A stretch of DNA of 64,000 bases, from contig CAWBZI010000001.1 in NCBI GenBank assembly GCA_963793265.1, positions 800,001 to 864,000 of the forward strand, read 5' to 3'. A model generated the notes under the pieces. That model was not told the origin of the DNA, ran no database searches, and saw only the letters and a program-made list of their open reading frames with translations. A program made the translations under genes and the position numbers. The stretch comes from an uncultured cyanobacterium (GTDB taxonomy: Bacteria > Cyanobacteriota > Cyanobacteriia > Phormidesmidales > Phormidesmidaceae). This document shows positions 22,154 through 31,743 of this stretch, one piece after another (position 1 is the stretch's first letter; every line of letters starts with the position of its first letter).

Positions 22154-22897
22154 CTAGCTATAAATGCCGGTATTCGTTCGCTTAGGAACACTGTAAGTAG
22201 AAGGCATTCTGGCAGGCTCGGGCACCTCAGCATTGCGGGCGCGAACGAACTTTTGAATGGCGTTGTGCATCGTCCTTGCTACAGCGTCTTTGATAAAGTC
22301 CTGTAGTCTACGCTCAAGCTGCTGGTCTTGAGCATGGCGAATTTTGTTCTGATTGATCTGCGTCTGCTGTTGCGACTGCTCAAAGCGATCAAAGCGATCG
22401 CTCATCCGCTGGTCAGCATATCGAATATCCTTCATCTCTGCCTGTAAAGAGAGCAAAGTCGCCCTCATCGATTCAAGCTGCTGCTGCGTAAACTTCAGCT
22501 CACTGCGCAGAAAAGACACCTCATTTGCGCTTTCTACAGCGCTGTTGATCGGAACCACTTTGTCACGATTAAGGCTCGCACTATCAGATGAAGTTTGAAC
22601 CTCGGGGCTTGGGTTCGCAGTGCTATGAGGGCCTGAGTTGCTTTCAGTAGAGACTTTACTGTTAAACGAATTTTGCATGACCGTAGACTCCTTTACAGCC
22701 TTATAGGGCTGAGAATTGGATTTTTCAGGTAGGGGGCTTGCAGTGGCGTTATTCAGGAAGTGAGCAGTGAAAGGACAGTAGTTAGATAGAAGCTGCTCAA
22801 AATTAAACGAGGGTGCGACTATTGCATTATTAACAGGAACATAGGGAGGGCTTAGCATGTTTTTTGAGTGTGTATGAGGAAGAGGTAGAACGCTCAC
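22154..22897 (-). CDS. Hypothetical coiled-coil protein (start uncertain)
   Basis: Disordered S/N-rich N-terminus followed by a heptad-rich helical region. Divergent from the NB-ARC gene. Confidence 0.6.
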   Translation of the reverse strand: MSVLPLPHTHSKNMLSPPYVPVNNAIVAPSFNFEQLLSNYCPFTAHFLNNATASPLPEKSNSQPYKAVKESTVMQNSFNSKVSTESNSGPHSTANPSPEVQTSSDSASLNRDKVVPINSAVESANEVSFLRSELKFTQQQLESMRATLLSLQAEMKDIRYADQRMSDRFDRFEQSQQQTQINQNKIRHAQDQQLERRLQDFIKDAVARTMHNAIQKFVRARNAEVPEPARMPSTYSVPKRTNTGIYS

Positions 22898-22931
22898 TAA
22901 CGTGAGACAACCTTTAATGATTTATCTGCGC

Positions 22932-23226
22932 TTTATGTGACACAAAGGTGTGACATAAATAAAACCATCACGGAGAACAACCACACATTTAACCTCACAT
23001 GCTTCTCACATTTATAAAATAACGGTATTTTTTGGTTTGTGCAATCCAGCGTTTGAGCAAGGTACGGAAAACCTGACTTTACGCCTCTGTGAGAGGAACT
23101 TTTATGTTTGTGTACTGCGCTACAGGACTGGGTTCTCAGTCTGCTCTATACCTTAGGTTTAGTTTTTTAAAGGTCTTCACAGTTGAGCTTCTCACAAGTA
23201 AAGAATTGGGATAAGCTATGTGAGCT
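22932..23226. promoter_or_regulatory. Operator-like inverted repeat and CTCACA repeat array
   Basis: TTTATGTGACAC-AAAG-GTGTGACATAAA (22932-22959, 11/12 arm match). CNCACAT three times at 11-12 bp spacing (22981-23011). GCTTCTCACA at 23001 and 23187. Confidence 0.55.
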
Positions 23227-23308
23227 TCTTTAAGTGCGTATTCTTTACATACCTGCAAGCGGCGGTATTGAGCCGTAGCGGTCATCCTTATGAAAAAACG
23301 GTAGTTCT

Positions 23309-26300
23309 ATGGCGTCTCTCGAAATTTCAGAAGAATTTCTTACTCGGATTGCCAAAGACAAAAAAGTATCTGATGGTGAGCTAGCTGCCTTGAAGCTGGC
23401 CCTTAGAAGGAGCAAAAGTAAGGACATCGCAGAGCAGCTCAATATTTCTCAGGCAGCAGCGCGCAAGCGACTAGGTGAGGTCTATAGAAAGTTTGGCATT
23501 AAAGGCCGTGGCCCTGGCAAGTTAGCTTCTCTAGAGAAAACGCTAGAAGCTGAGCTGCAAGAATGGGCAGGCCAAGCTCTAAAAGGAAGTGGTGACATTG
23601 CCTTCCCCTCTACCATCACACCAACCGCCGCTACGCTACCTTCGTCGGGAGACATCTGGCACAGAATGCAGCTTGAAGAGGTGCCCCTGGTTCAGACGAT
23701 ACCTGTCACCGAGTCAGCCACGACCTACTACTGGAATAACGCGCCTGCGCTAGAGGCGTTTGAAGGTAGAAACCATCCTTTGACAGTACTAAAGAGCTGG
23801 CTAAATAAACCTTCAACTACACCAAAGTTACTGGCGATCTGCGGTATTGGCGGTACTGGTAAAACCTATCTAGCTCACAAGCTGGCGCAAGATGTAGGCG
23901 ATGATTTTGAGAAGGTGGTTTGGTTAAACGTAAAGGACGGGATGCAGGCGGGGCGATCGCCTGAGCATTTGCTGCGATCGCTCAAAAACACGCTCCTTGC
24001 CCCTGCCCCCACAGCCATTCCCCTGCGCAGGCTCAACAGAGCCACCAAACCGGCTTCGTCAACTGATTCAACGATTCATGCCGTCAAAGAGAGCATTGAA
24101 CAAGTCATCGAGCGACTTGCAGCTGTGATCGCTCAGCACCGCTATCTAATTGTTTTTGATGGCTTTGAAGTAGCTTTTAAGAGCTGGGGTGATATGTCTC
24201 AAGATATGCCCTCGCAGGATTTTCCTTCGCCGGGCAGTTCTAGAGATGCGAAAGGTAAACCCAATAGAGCGCCGACGTTTCATGTCAATCGGCGGCAGCA
24301 GGCCAGCCTATACAAAGAAGAGTTTAGCGCTTACCGAAAACTGCTCAGCGCTGTTAAGCAAACGGCAAACGGCAGCAAGCTTAGTCAAACAAGCTGCGTG
24401 GTACTCACGAGTCGAGAGAAGCCGAAGGAGGTTCTTTCTTTTCCTGAAGACGATATTGACGGCAAGCTCTACGTGCTAGAAGGGCTTAGCGACAATGAAG
24501 CCAAAAAGATGCTCGAAAGGTTTCATCTGCAGGGAACTTCAGCAGAATATCAAGCCTTTATTACTCGCTACTGCGGTCATCCTTTGGCGCTAAAGCTAGC
24601 TGCCAATACGGTCAAAGATGTTTTTCATGGCAGCATTCGAGATTTTTTAGAGCAGGATACTTCTGTTTTTGACGATTTAAGAGGCGTTTTAAAGGCGCAG
24701 TTTAACCGCCTACCGCCCACTGAAAAAGAGGTGATGTACTGGCTAGCTATCAACCATCAGGCGTGTTCTTACGAAGCGCTACAGGCTGATATTGTGGCTA
24801 CCGACCACAAGCAGAATTTGATTCATACGCTCAGGTCATTAGAGCGCCGTTCGCTAGTGCAGATAAACCAGCCGCAGCAAACAGTGGGCGTTTCTTTTCA
24901 GCTTCATCCAATCGTGGCCGAATATGTGCGCGATCGCTTCATTCGCTCTGTTTTTTCAGATCTTATTAAAGGCAATCTCGACTTGTTCAACGCTCACGCC
25001 TTAATGAAAGCAGATGCCGCAGACGATTTGCGTGAGTTTCAGATTAAAAAGATTGTTCGACCAATACTAGAGCGGCTTAAGAACTACCATAAAAGTCTTA
25101 ATCAGGTTGATCGCTACCTTAGCGACAGGCTCAATGAGTTCAAAGGAAACAATCCAGACAGACTAGGATATGCAGGTGGTAACTTTGTCAATTTGCTAGT
25201 ACAGCTTTCACACGGCGCGCTGCAAAAGAAAGACTTCTCTCAAATGACGATTTGGCAGGCTTATCTCCAGGGCGCACAGCTTAGGGGCGTCAATTTTAAT
25301 CAGTGCGCGCTTAATCGCTCGGTGTTTACAGAAGCCATCAGCGACGTGTTAAGCGTCGCACTTCAGCTGCCTACCAGCAGGCCGCCGCTGCTTGTAGCCG
25401 GAGATGCCAATGGGTTTGTTCATCTATGGCACACAGCAGGCGAAAAGCAAACTGCGTGGCTAGCGCACCAGAGCTGGGTAAGGGCTACTGTCTTTGTGCC
25501 TAATCGATCTCTATTAGTGACGGGTGGTGAAGATAGTCAGCTTAAGCTGTGGCGACTGCCTACCTTTGGCAAAGGGGCTTCTGGCCCGGTAGAACAGGTT
25601 TGGCAGCAAGAGGCCAAAGACCGAATTTATACCGTGGCCGCTAGCTGTGACGGTAAGCTGATTGCCAGCGGTGGTGACGACAAAATCACAATCTACCGCG
25701 TGCGCACAGGCGAAATTATAGATCGCATTCCTAGACAGACGGCAGATAGAGATCGGCCTCGTATTAGCAATGGGGTTGCAAAATCGTGGCAGCACAATCG
25801 CGTCCGGGCGCTAGCCTTTAGCCCAGATGGACAGTGGCTAGCAAGCTGTGGGGATGACTGCACAGTTAGGCTGTGGGCTGTGAAGGATATATTAGCGACC
25901 GAGCGATCGCTCGAGCCTATCGCTGAGCTAGCGGGTCATACGGATTTAGTGTATGCGGTACGCTTTAGTGCCGATAGTCGAAGATTGATCAGCGGTGGTG
26001 GAGATGAGAAAATTATCATCTGGGAAGCTGTTGAAGCGTCTGCTGCCAGTGAAAATAGTTCTTCGGAAGACGATTCTTCAGAAGACGATTCTTTAGAAGG
26101 CAATTCTTCTGAAGATAAACAGAACCTAGTCTGGCAAAAATCGCGGTCACTCAACCGCGTTGGTGGCAGCATCAGAGCATTAGCGATTAGTCCAGACGAT
26201 CGCCTTGTAGCGGCAGGGGGGGATGATGCCACCGTCAGGGTGTGGAACCTATCGACGCTGACGTGCATACATGAGTTTTCAGCGCAGACCAGTCGCATTT

Positions 26301-27490
26301 GGTCAGTTGATTTTCAACGGCAGGGCGATCGCCTTCTACTCGCAGCAGGCGGCGACAAGCAGCGGCTCATGCTTTGGCAGATTGAAGAAAACCAGACAGA
26401 AGAGAAACCAGAGGCCCGTTTGATCAGAACGTATCGCGGCTATACCAACAGCCTGCGAGCGGTAGCCTACTTGAGCGATCGCAGAGTGATTGGTGGCGGC
26501 GATGGCGGGGACTTGACCGTATGGGACACCGAATCGGGCGATCGCACCGCCACCCTACCGCGACACCAAGGCCGCATTTGGTCAGTCGCCGTAGACCAAC
26601 AAAACGCGCGCATTGCCAGCGCCAGCGACGACTGCACCATTCGCTTATGGGATGCCACTAACGGCCAGTGCCTTACCACGCTAACGGGTCACAATAGCTG
26701 GGTGCGCGCGGTCGCCTTTAGCAAACGCGGACGCTTTCTTGCTAGCGGTGGCGACGACTGCACCCTCAGAATCTGGAATCCTCTATCTGGCTTTTGTCTC
26801 AAAGTGCTCCCGCCCGCTAGCCATTGGATTCGCACCGTCAGCTTTAGCCCAACTAACAACCGATACATCATCAGCGGCGGCGACGATCAGGCGGTGCGCC
26901 GCTGGGATAGAAAAGAAGGTACCTATGAAACGTTTGCTCAGCACGGCCATCGCGTGTGCTCAGTTGCCTACAGCCCGGACGGTAAGTTTGTTGCCAGCGG
27001 CGGTGACAATGCCGCTGTCATTTTGTGGGATGTCGATAACGCCGAAGTAGCCTATCGGTTCACGCAGCCCATGCTGAGTATCAAGGCGGTGGCCTTTAGC
27101 CCGAATGGCAGATATTTAGCAGCAGGGGGAGACGATCAGCTCCTCTATGTATGGGATTTGAAAGCACCGAACCCAGAAGCGCGCTGCTTGGAGTTTAGTC
27201 CGCAGGAGTATACCGGCTTAGCGGGTGGCATTCGCTCTATTATGTTTAGCCCTGACAGTCAGTCGGTCGTGTGCGGCAGCTTAGATGAAATGATTCGCGT
27301 CGGTGATTTGCGGCAGACGGATGAGCTGAGGGCTAGTGAGCTAGGCAGCGGGGTGCTAAAGGCTTTGATTCGACGCGATCGCCCCTATGAAAACACCGAA
27401 ATTAAGGGTGTCAAAGGCTTGAACGACTTGCAGAGAGCTAATCTGATGACATTAGGCGCAGTAGATCGTAAAACGTCTCTGCTGCTGTAG
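23309..27490 (+). CDS. HTH - NB-ARC (STAND) - pentapeptide - WD40 repeat protein (NLR/Apaf-1-like)
   Basis: N-terminal LuxR-like HTH (SKDIAEQLNISQAAARKRL), Walker A GIGGTGKT, Walker B LIVFDGFE, LTSRE, GHPLAL, AYLQGAQLRGVNF, more than 12 WD40 repeats and an RPYENTEIKGVKGL tail. Confidence 0.92.
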   Translation: MASLEISEEFLTRIAKDKKVSDGELAALKLALRRSKSKDIAEQLNISQAAARKRLGEVYRKFGIKGRGPGKLASLEKTLEAELQEWAGQALKGSGDIAFPSTITPTAATLPSSGDIWHRMQLEEVPLVQTIPVTESATTYYWNNAPALEAFEGRNHPLTVLKSWLNKPSTTPKLLAICGIGGTGKTYLAHKLAQDVGDDFEKVVWLNVKDGMQAGRSPEHLLRSLKNTLLAPAPTAIPLRRLNRATKPASSTDSTIHAVKESIEQVIERLAAVIAQHRYLIVFDGFEVAFKSWGDMSQDMPSQDFPSPGSSRDAKGKPNRAPTFHVNRRQQASLYKEEFSAYRKLLSAVKQTANGSKLSQTSCVVLTSREKPKEVLSFPEDDIDGKLYVLEGLSDNEAKKMLERFHLQGTSAEYQAFITRYCGHPLALKLAANTVKDVFHGSIRDFLEQDTSVFDDLRGVLKAQFNRLPPTEKEVMYWLAINHQACSYEALQADIVATDHKQNLIHTLRSLERRSLVQINQPQQTVGVSFQLHPIVAEYVRDRFIRSVFSDLIKGNLDLFNAHALMKADAADDLREFQIKKIVRPILERLKNYHKSLNQVDRYLSDRLNEFKGNNPDRLGYAGGNFVNLLVQLSHGALQKKDFSQMTIWQAYLQGAQLRGVNFNQCALNRSVFTEAISDVLSVALQLPTSRPPLLVAGDANGFVHLWHTAGEKQTAWLAHQSWVRATVFVPNRSLLVTGGEDSQLKLWRLPTFGKGASGPVEQVWQQEAKDRIYTVAASCDGKLIASGGDDKITIYRVRTGEIIDRIPRQTADRDRPRISNGVAKSWQHNRVRALAFSPDGQWLASCGDDCTVRLWAVKDILATERSLEPIAELAGHTDLVYAVRFSADSRRLISGGGDEKIIIWEAVEASAASENSSSEDDSSEDDSLEGNSSEDKQNLVWQKSRSLNRVGGSIRALAISPDDRLVAAGGDDATVRVWNLSTLTCIHEFSAQTSRIWSVDFQRQGDRLLLAAGGDKQRLMLWQIEENQTEEKPEARLIRTYRGYTNSLRAVAYLSDRRVIGGGDGGDLTVWDTESGDRTATLPRHQGRIWSVAVDQQNARIASASDDCTIRLWDATNGQCLTTLTGHNSWVRAVAFSKRGRFLASGGDDCTLRIWNPLSGFCLKVLPPASHWIRTVSFSPTNNRYIISGGDDQAVRRWDRKEGTYETFAQHGHRVCSVAYSPDGKFVASGGDNAAVILWDVDNAEVAYRFTQPMLSIKAVAFSPNGRYLAAGGDDQLLYVWDLKAPNPEARCLEFSPQEYTGLAGGIRSIMFSPDSQSVVCGSLDEMIRVGDLRQTDELRASELGSGVLKALIRRDRPYENTEIKGVKGLNDLQRANLMTLGAVDRKTSLLL
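26060..26119 (+). repeat. In-frame 15-bp tandem repeat, 4 copies (SSEDD SSEDD SLEGN SSEDK)
   Basis: Variants of TCTTCGGAAGACGAT in a loop between WD40 blades. Confidence 0.8.
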
Positions 27491-27545
27491 GGTGCTGTAG
27501 GGGCATAGCACTGCTACGCTCTTTGTTTTGTTACATCATCTCTCG

Positions 27546-28979
27546 TCAGCCTGCTAACGTAGCTTGAACCATATCGCGATCGCCCTGCCACTCATACCGA
27601 CGCTTATCTTGAGTAGACAGCCGCAAATCATCAGGCTGAGAACCCAAATGTTTTAAAAAATACTGCCTAAACAGCTCACAAGCCACTTGCGGCCCATCGT
27701 CTGTAAGCACCACCAGGCCCATATTCTGAAGCTGGTAGACCGCCGTGAGCGAGGTCGGCATCAGCTCACCACCCGTCAATAGCTGAGATAACACACTCGT
27801 GAGCTGAGGCTGCTGCTGCACCTGACGAAGCTGATGCTGAAGATAGTGAGAAAAAACGTGAGAGCCCAATGGATCGCTCAGGACTTCTGCGAGCGTTGCA
27901 TCGGCTCGCCAAATGCGATCAACAACCAGATGAGAAAGATAGGGCTGACCTGCTATTAGCTCGCATAGATCTGTTGCGGCTTGAGCAGACCAGTCAAGGC
28001 CATAGGTTTTCGCGATCACCCGCACATCGTCAGGAGAGAACGGATCTAACGAAATTGCTAGCCCCACATTAAAAGGAGACTTGTTGATATTCAGCGGAAT
28101 ATATACCTCAGAAGACTGCGCAATCACCATCCTGAGCTGCTTCCAAACATCTGTTGTTTTCGCATCTTCATACCAGGTGCGTAGCAGCCCAAAAAACTCA
28201 TCGGCCACGTCTAGATGACGAAACAATCGATCAACATCATCGATTATCAACACAACCGGACGCTGGCTCGCTGCCAGTAAATACTGCTCAAAGTAGATTT
28301 TGCAGCTCACTTTACTGCCAAACAGCGTATCCCAGTAGGTGTCTAATTGAGGCGTGAGGCCCAGCGATCGCCCCACGCTGGCACAAAACCACTGTAAAAG
28401 CTGATCGAGGTTTTCCAAAATGGACTTATCTGCAAGCTGAAACCGGATTAAAACGGGCCGATAGCCGCGGGCCAGAGCCTGCTGAGCTAGCCGCGCCATC
28501 AAGGACGTTTTACCCGTCTGGCGGGCTCCTTTAATCCGAATCAACGCGCCGGGCTGATCGATCGCGGCATAGCTGTCCGTCTCAGCCTTGTGCCGCTGAA
28601 TATAGAGCGGCGAGTCCAAAGGAAGCTGCCCGCCAGGAGGTAGGGGAGAAAACGCCGCGACTGCTGGTGCCACCTGAAAGGGAGCCGGTAGCGCTGAGTC
28701 GGGTTTGTAGTAGTCAGCAGGTTCTAGCGTCAAATCAAAGGCTTTAAAGCAGCATTTGAGCGTTTGCTTATCGACTCTCATCTCGCAGCCCAGCACCTTA
28801 GTGAGCGTATCGATACCCACTTCAGTGCGCTCGCTGAGCGTTTCAAGCGTGTACCGCTGGCCCTGATTGTCAGCATATTCAGCGCTAGCTTTGGCCGCCT
28901 GAAAGCGATCTAATCCGGCCTGTGTCAAAATGACGCCACGCTTACGACGACGCTTAGGGGCTGATGATGGAATGCTCAC
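27546..28979 (-). CDS. N-terminal HTH (Xre-like) plus AAA_35 STAND NTPase
   Basis: RRKRGVILT..G/YTLETLSERT HTH, PGGQLPLDSPLYIQR, Walker A GARQTGKTS, Walker B IIDDVD, SPFNVG and GQPYL. Confidence 0.88.
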   Translation of the reverse strand: MSIPSSAPKRRRKRGVILTQAGLDRFQAAKASAEYADNQGQRYTLETLSERTEVGIDTLTKVLGCEMRVDKQTLKCCFKAFDLTLEPADYYKPDSALPAPFQVAPAVAAFSPLPPGGQLPLDSPLYIQRHKAETDSYAAIDQPGALIRIKGARQTGKTSLMARLAQQALARGYRPVLIRFQLADKSILENLDQLLQWFCASVGRSLGLTPQLDTYWDTLFGSKVSCKIYFEQYLLAASQRPVVLIIDDVDRLFRHLDVADEFFGLLRTWYEDAKTTDVWKQLRMVIAQSSEVYIPLNINKSPFNVGLAISLDPFSPDDVRVIAKTYGLDWSAQAATDLCELIAGQPYLSHLVVDRIWRADATLAEVLSDPLGSHVFSHYLQHQLRQVQQQPQLTSVLSQLLTGGELMPTSLTAVYQLQNMGLVVLTDDGPQVACELFRQYFLKHLGSQPDDLRLSTQDKRRYEWQGDRDMVQATLAG

Positions 28980-29145
28980 GGCTCACTACCTATTTCTGAC
29001 AGTTGCAGGCTACTCGAAATCACACAGGTTCGACTCAGATTTTAAGGGCGATCGCTAAAAAGTAGCTTTTGTAAGCTCACGCCATAGCTCTCACGATTTT
29101 AAGCAGTTTTGCGGTTAGATACCTTCCAACATAGGAAAAAGTAAC

Positions 29146-29216
29146 CTTAACGTCCGCTTATCTTCTGCTTATCTTCCTAAACCTCGGTAGATATGGGCGC
29201 TTAAAGCTGCAATTCT
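29146..29216 (+). promoter_or_regulatory. Promoter motif copy A, upstream of the sensor-AAA_35 gene
   Basis: CTTA at 29146, 29157 and 29168. 27/36 ungapped identity with 31557-31592. Confidence 0.55.
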
Positions 29217-29266
29217 AAGTGGATCGCTGCGTAGATTGAATCAATTGATACGCCACCGTATTTTTT

Positions 29267-31498
29267 ATGCGCCGTTTTCTAAAGCTGCCGTTTGCCCTTA
29301 AGTTTGGATTGACCATTTCAGCGATCGCTGCGGGCATGACCACCATCAGCGTATCGGTGCTCTATTCGCAAACCTATAACCTCTTAGTCAAGCAGTCTGT
29401 CGGCAGACTCAAAGACGTAGGCCAAACCAGCAGCTTCTTTTTAGACGACCCAGCCCAGGCAAGCATTCTCAGGCTCAAAGCGGCCACCGAAGCACAGGCT
29501 TTACCCGTTGCTGACGAAGCCCTAGCGGCCGAATCAGGTGAAACCATTGAGTCCCTTTCGACTGAAGACGCTGCGGCGCTCATGGCATCAGCAGACTTTC
29601 AGTTTTTAGTACAAACCATCCGCCGCATTGGCGAAGCCAGCCGTATCAAAATCGTTAGGCCCCTACCCACCTATCCTCAGCCGCCGCTCAACGAAAAAAC
29701 CAACCCCATCACCATCTCAGCCTACCTAATGGTCGAATGGCCAGAGTCGCCCGATCACAAGGTCGTCAAGTTTCTGGCCGATAGCCTCTACGAACCGAAA
29801 GGCGACTGGCCCGGTAACCCCATCGGCAATCTATACCGCATTCCCGACGACTCCTTTGCCAAGGCATTTGAAGGAGAGTCCCAAACCACCGCGACCTTTT
29901 ACACAGATGACCTGGGCACCTGGCTAAGTGCCGCCGTGCCGATTATGAATCAGCAGGGCGAAACGATTGCAGTGCTGGGGCTGGACTTAGATGCGACTGG
30001 CGAAGTGGCTTATATTCAGCAGCTCAAATGGATCTGTGTAGGGGCGGTGCTGGTAAGTTTGGTGCTCTCAAGCATGGTGGCCGTTGGGCTAGCGCGGTGG
30101 CTAGGCCCGCCCATTGCAGAGCTACAGGCGGGTGCAGAGCGCGTACAAAACTACGACTACAGCACGTTCGTGTCAGTCAAAAGTCCGAACGAGCTGAGGC
30201 GGTTGGCGGCTGCTTTTAACGCGATGGTAGAAGAAATTCGGTCTTATTCTATCTCTCTGGAAGCTCAAAATAAGGCGCTCGAAGCACGGGTGGCGCAAAG
30301 AACAGAGGAGCTGACGGAAACGCTTCAGGTGCTCAAGGCCACTCAGACCGAGCTACTGATTGAAAACGCACTGCTTAGAGAAGGTGAACAGCCCTCTAAA
30401 TATGACTATCAGGTGGGCGGCAGCTTACCTTTAGCAGCGCTCACCTATGTGGTTCGCCAGGCCGACCGACAGCTTTATCAGGCGCTAAGAAAAGGTCAGT
30501 ACTGCTATATATTTAACGCCCGGCAGATGGGCAAATCTAGCCTGCGCGTACAGATGATGCGACGCATGGAAATAGATGGTGCGGTTTGCGGCTCGATAGA
30601 TCTCTCGTCTATTGGCAACCGGCAAACGACTCAGGAGCAGTGGTACACCGGCTTTATGTACATACTGGCGGGCAGCTTGGGAATTCGAGAGCTAGTGAAT
30701 ACGAGAGCCTGGTGGAAAGACCACTTGTTTTTGCCGCCTGTGCAGCGACTGGGCGAATTTGTTAGCCAGGTTGTGCTGGCCAACATTCGCGAAAACATCG
30801 TGGTCTTCATAGATGAAGTAGACAGCGTGATGAGCCTTGGCTTTGAGATTGACGATTTTTTTATCTGGCTTCGCACCTGTTTTAATCAGAGGGCTGAATG
30901 GCCGCAGTATCAGCGCATTACCTTCGTGCTATTAGGCGTTGCGACACCCTCTCAGTTCATGAAAGATGCAAATCGTACGCCCTTTAATGTAGGTCAGGCG
31001 ATCAGGCTCAACGGCTTTCAACTGCACGAAGCGCATCCGCTTTTGCAAGGGTTTTCAGAAAAGATAGCGCGCCCTCAGCGGGTGCTTAGCCAAATTCTGG
31101 CCTGGACGGGCGGACAGCCATTTTTGTCTCAGAAAGTTTGCCTGATTATTAGAGCCGCGGACGTAGCGATTCCTGAAGGAGAAGAAGCGGCGGTTGTAGA
31201 AGAGTTGGTGCGGCAGCAAATTATTAGCCATTGGGAAACCAAAGACGACCCTGAGCATTTGCGGACTGTACGCGATCGCATTCTCAGCCCGCGCACACCC
31301 ACTCAGCCTATGCTAAAGATCTACAAACAGCTCTTATCTTCTGAACCTGTTATCGCTGACGACAGCATTGCCCAAACCGAGCTACAGCTGTCGGGTTTAG
31401 TGATCAGGCAGGGCAGCGATCTTAAAATCGCTAACCGACTTTACGCTACGGTTTTTGATCTCGCCTGGGTCAATAGAATGCTGGCGCAGACTGCATAA
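29267..31498 (+). CDS. TM - extracytoplasmic (Cache-like) sensor - TM - HAMP - coiled coil - AAA_35 STAND NTPase
   Basis: Two TM helices, [15 protein letters not shown]...VLGLD, HAMP (PIAELQ...[13 protein letters not shown]), YQVGGSL, Walker [10 protein letters not shown], Walker B VFIDEVD, TPFNVG and WTGGQPFL. Confidence 0.9.
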   Translation: MRRFLKLPFALKFGLTISAIAAGMTTISVSVLYSQTYNLLVKQSVGRLKDVGQTSSFFLDDPAQASILRLKAATEAQALPVADEALAAESGETIESLSTEDAAALMASADFQFLVQTIRRIGEASRIKIVRPLPTYPQPPLNEKTNPITISAYLMVEWPESPDHKVVKFLADSLYEPKGDWPGNPIGNLYRIPDDSFAKAFEGESQTTATFYTDDLGTWLSAAVPIMNQQGETIAVLGLDLDATGEVAYIQQLKWICVGAVLVSLVLSSMVAVGLARWLGPPIAELQAGAERVQNYDYSTFVSVKSPNELRRLAAAFNAMVEEIRSYSISLEAQNKALEARVAQRTEELTETLQVLKATQTELLIENALLREGEQPSKYDYQVGGSLPLAALTYVVRQADRQLYQALRKGQYCYIFNARQMGKSSLRVQMMRRMEIDGAVCGSIDLSSIGNRQTTQEQWYTGFMYILAGSLGIRELVNTRAWWKDHLFLPPVQRLGEFVSQVVLANIRENIVVFIDEVDSVMSLGFEIDDFFIWLRTCFNQRAEWPQYQRITFVLLGVATPSQFMKDANRTPFNVGQAIRLNGFQLHEAHPLLQGFSEKIARPQRVLSQILAWTGGQPFLSQKVCLIIRAADVAIPEGEEAAVVEELVRQQIISHWETKDDPEHLRTVRDRILSPRTPTQPMLKIYKQLLSSEPVIADDSIAQTELQLSGLVIRQGSDLKIANRLYATVFDLAWVNRMLAQTA

Positions 31499-31520
31499 CC
31501 ATAGGGTTGTAGCGACAGAA

Positions 31521-31616
31521 CTTACGTTGCCTTACATCAGCTTACGTAACTTCTTACTTATCTTTCTTCTAACTTCCTAAAAGTCGGTGGATTCGCTGAG
31601 TGCAAATCACCATACT
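31521..31616 (+). promoter_or_regulatory. Promoter motif copy B with phased CTTAC repeats
   Basis: CTTAC at 31521, 31531, 31541 and 31553, the shared CTTCCTAAA..TCGGT block, and a -10-like CATACT at 31611. Confidence 0.55.
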
Positions 31617-31621
31617 GATAC

Positions 31622-31730
31622 TCAAGTTCAGTCGCAAGCGCTCGCTAAGAAACGCCTGCACTTACAACAATTCAAAGCGTCGACGTTCCGACGAACCAAA
31701 GCACCGCCACTCAGTATGACGGTGCTTTTT
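31622..31730 (+). ncRNA. Candidate small RNA
   Basis: Lies between the -10-like box and a terminator, has no start codon before the terminator, and contains a CGTCG-ACGTTC-CGACG hairpin. Confidence 0.35.
31698..31730. terminator. Intrinsic terminator with a T-tract on the + strand; also lies just past the ftsH stop
   Basis: AAAGCACCG...CGGTGCTTTTT. Confidence 0.75.
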
Positions 31731-31743
31731 CTTATGAATTTCC

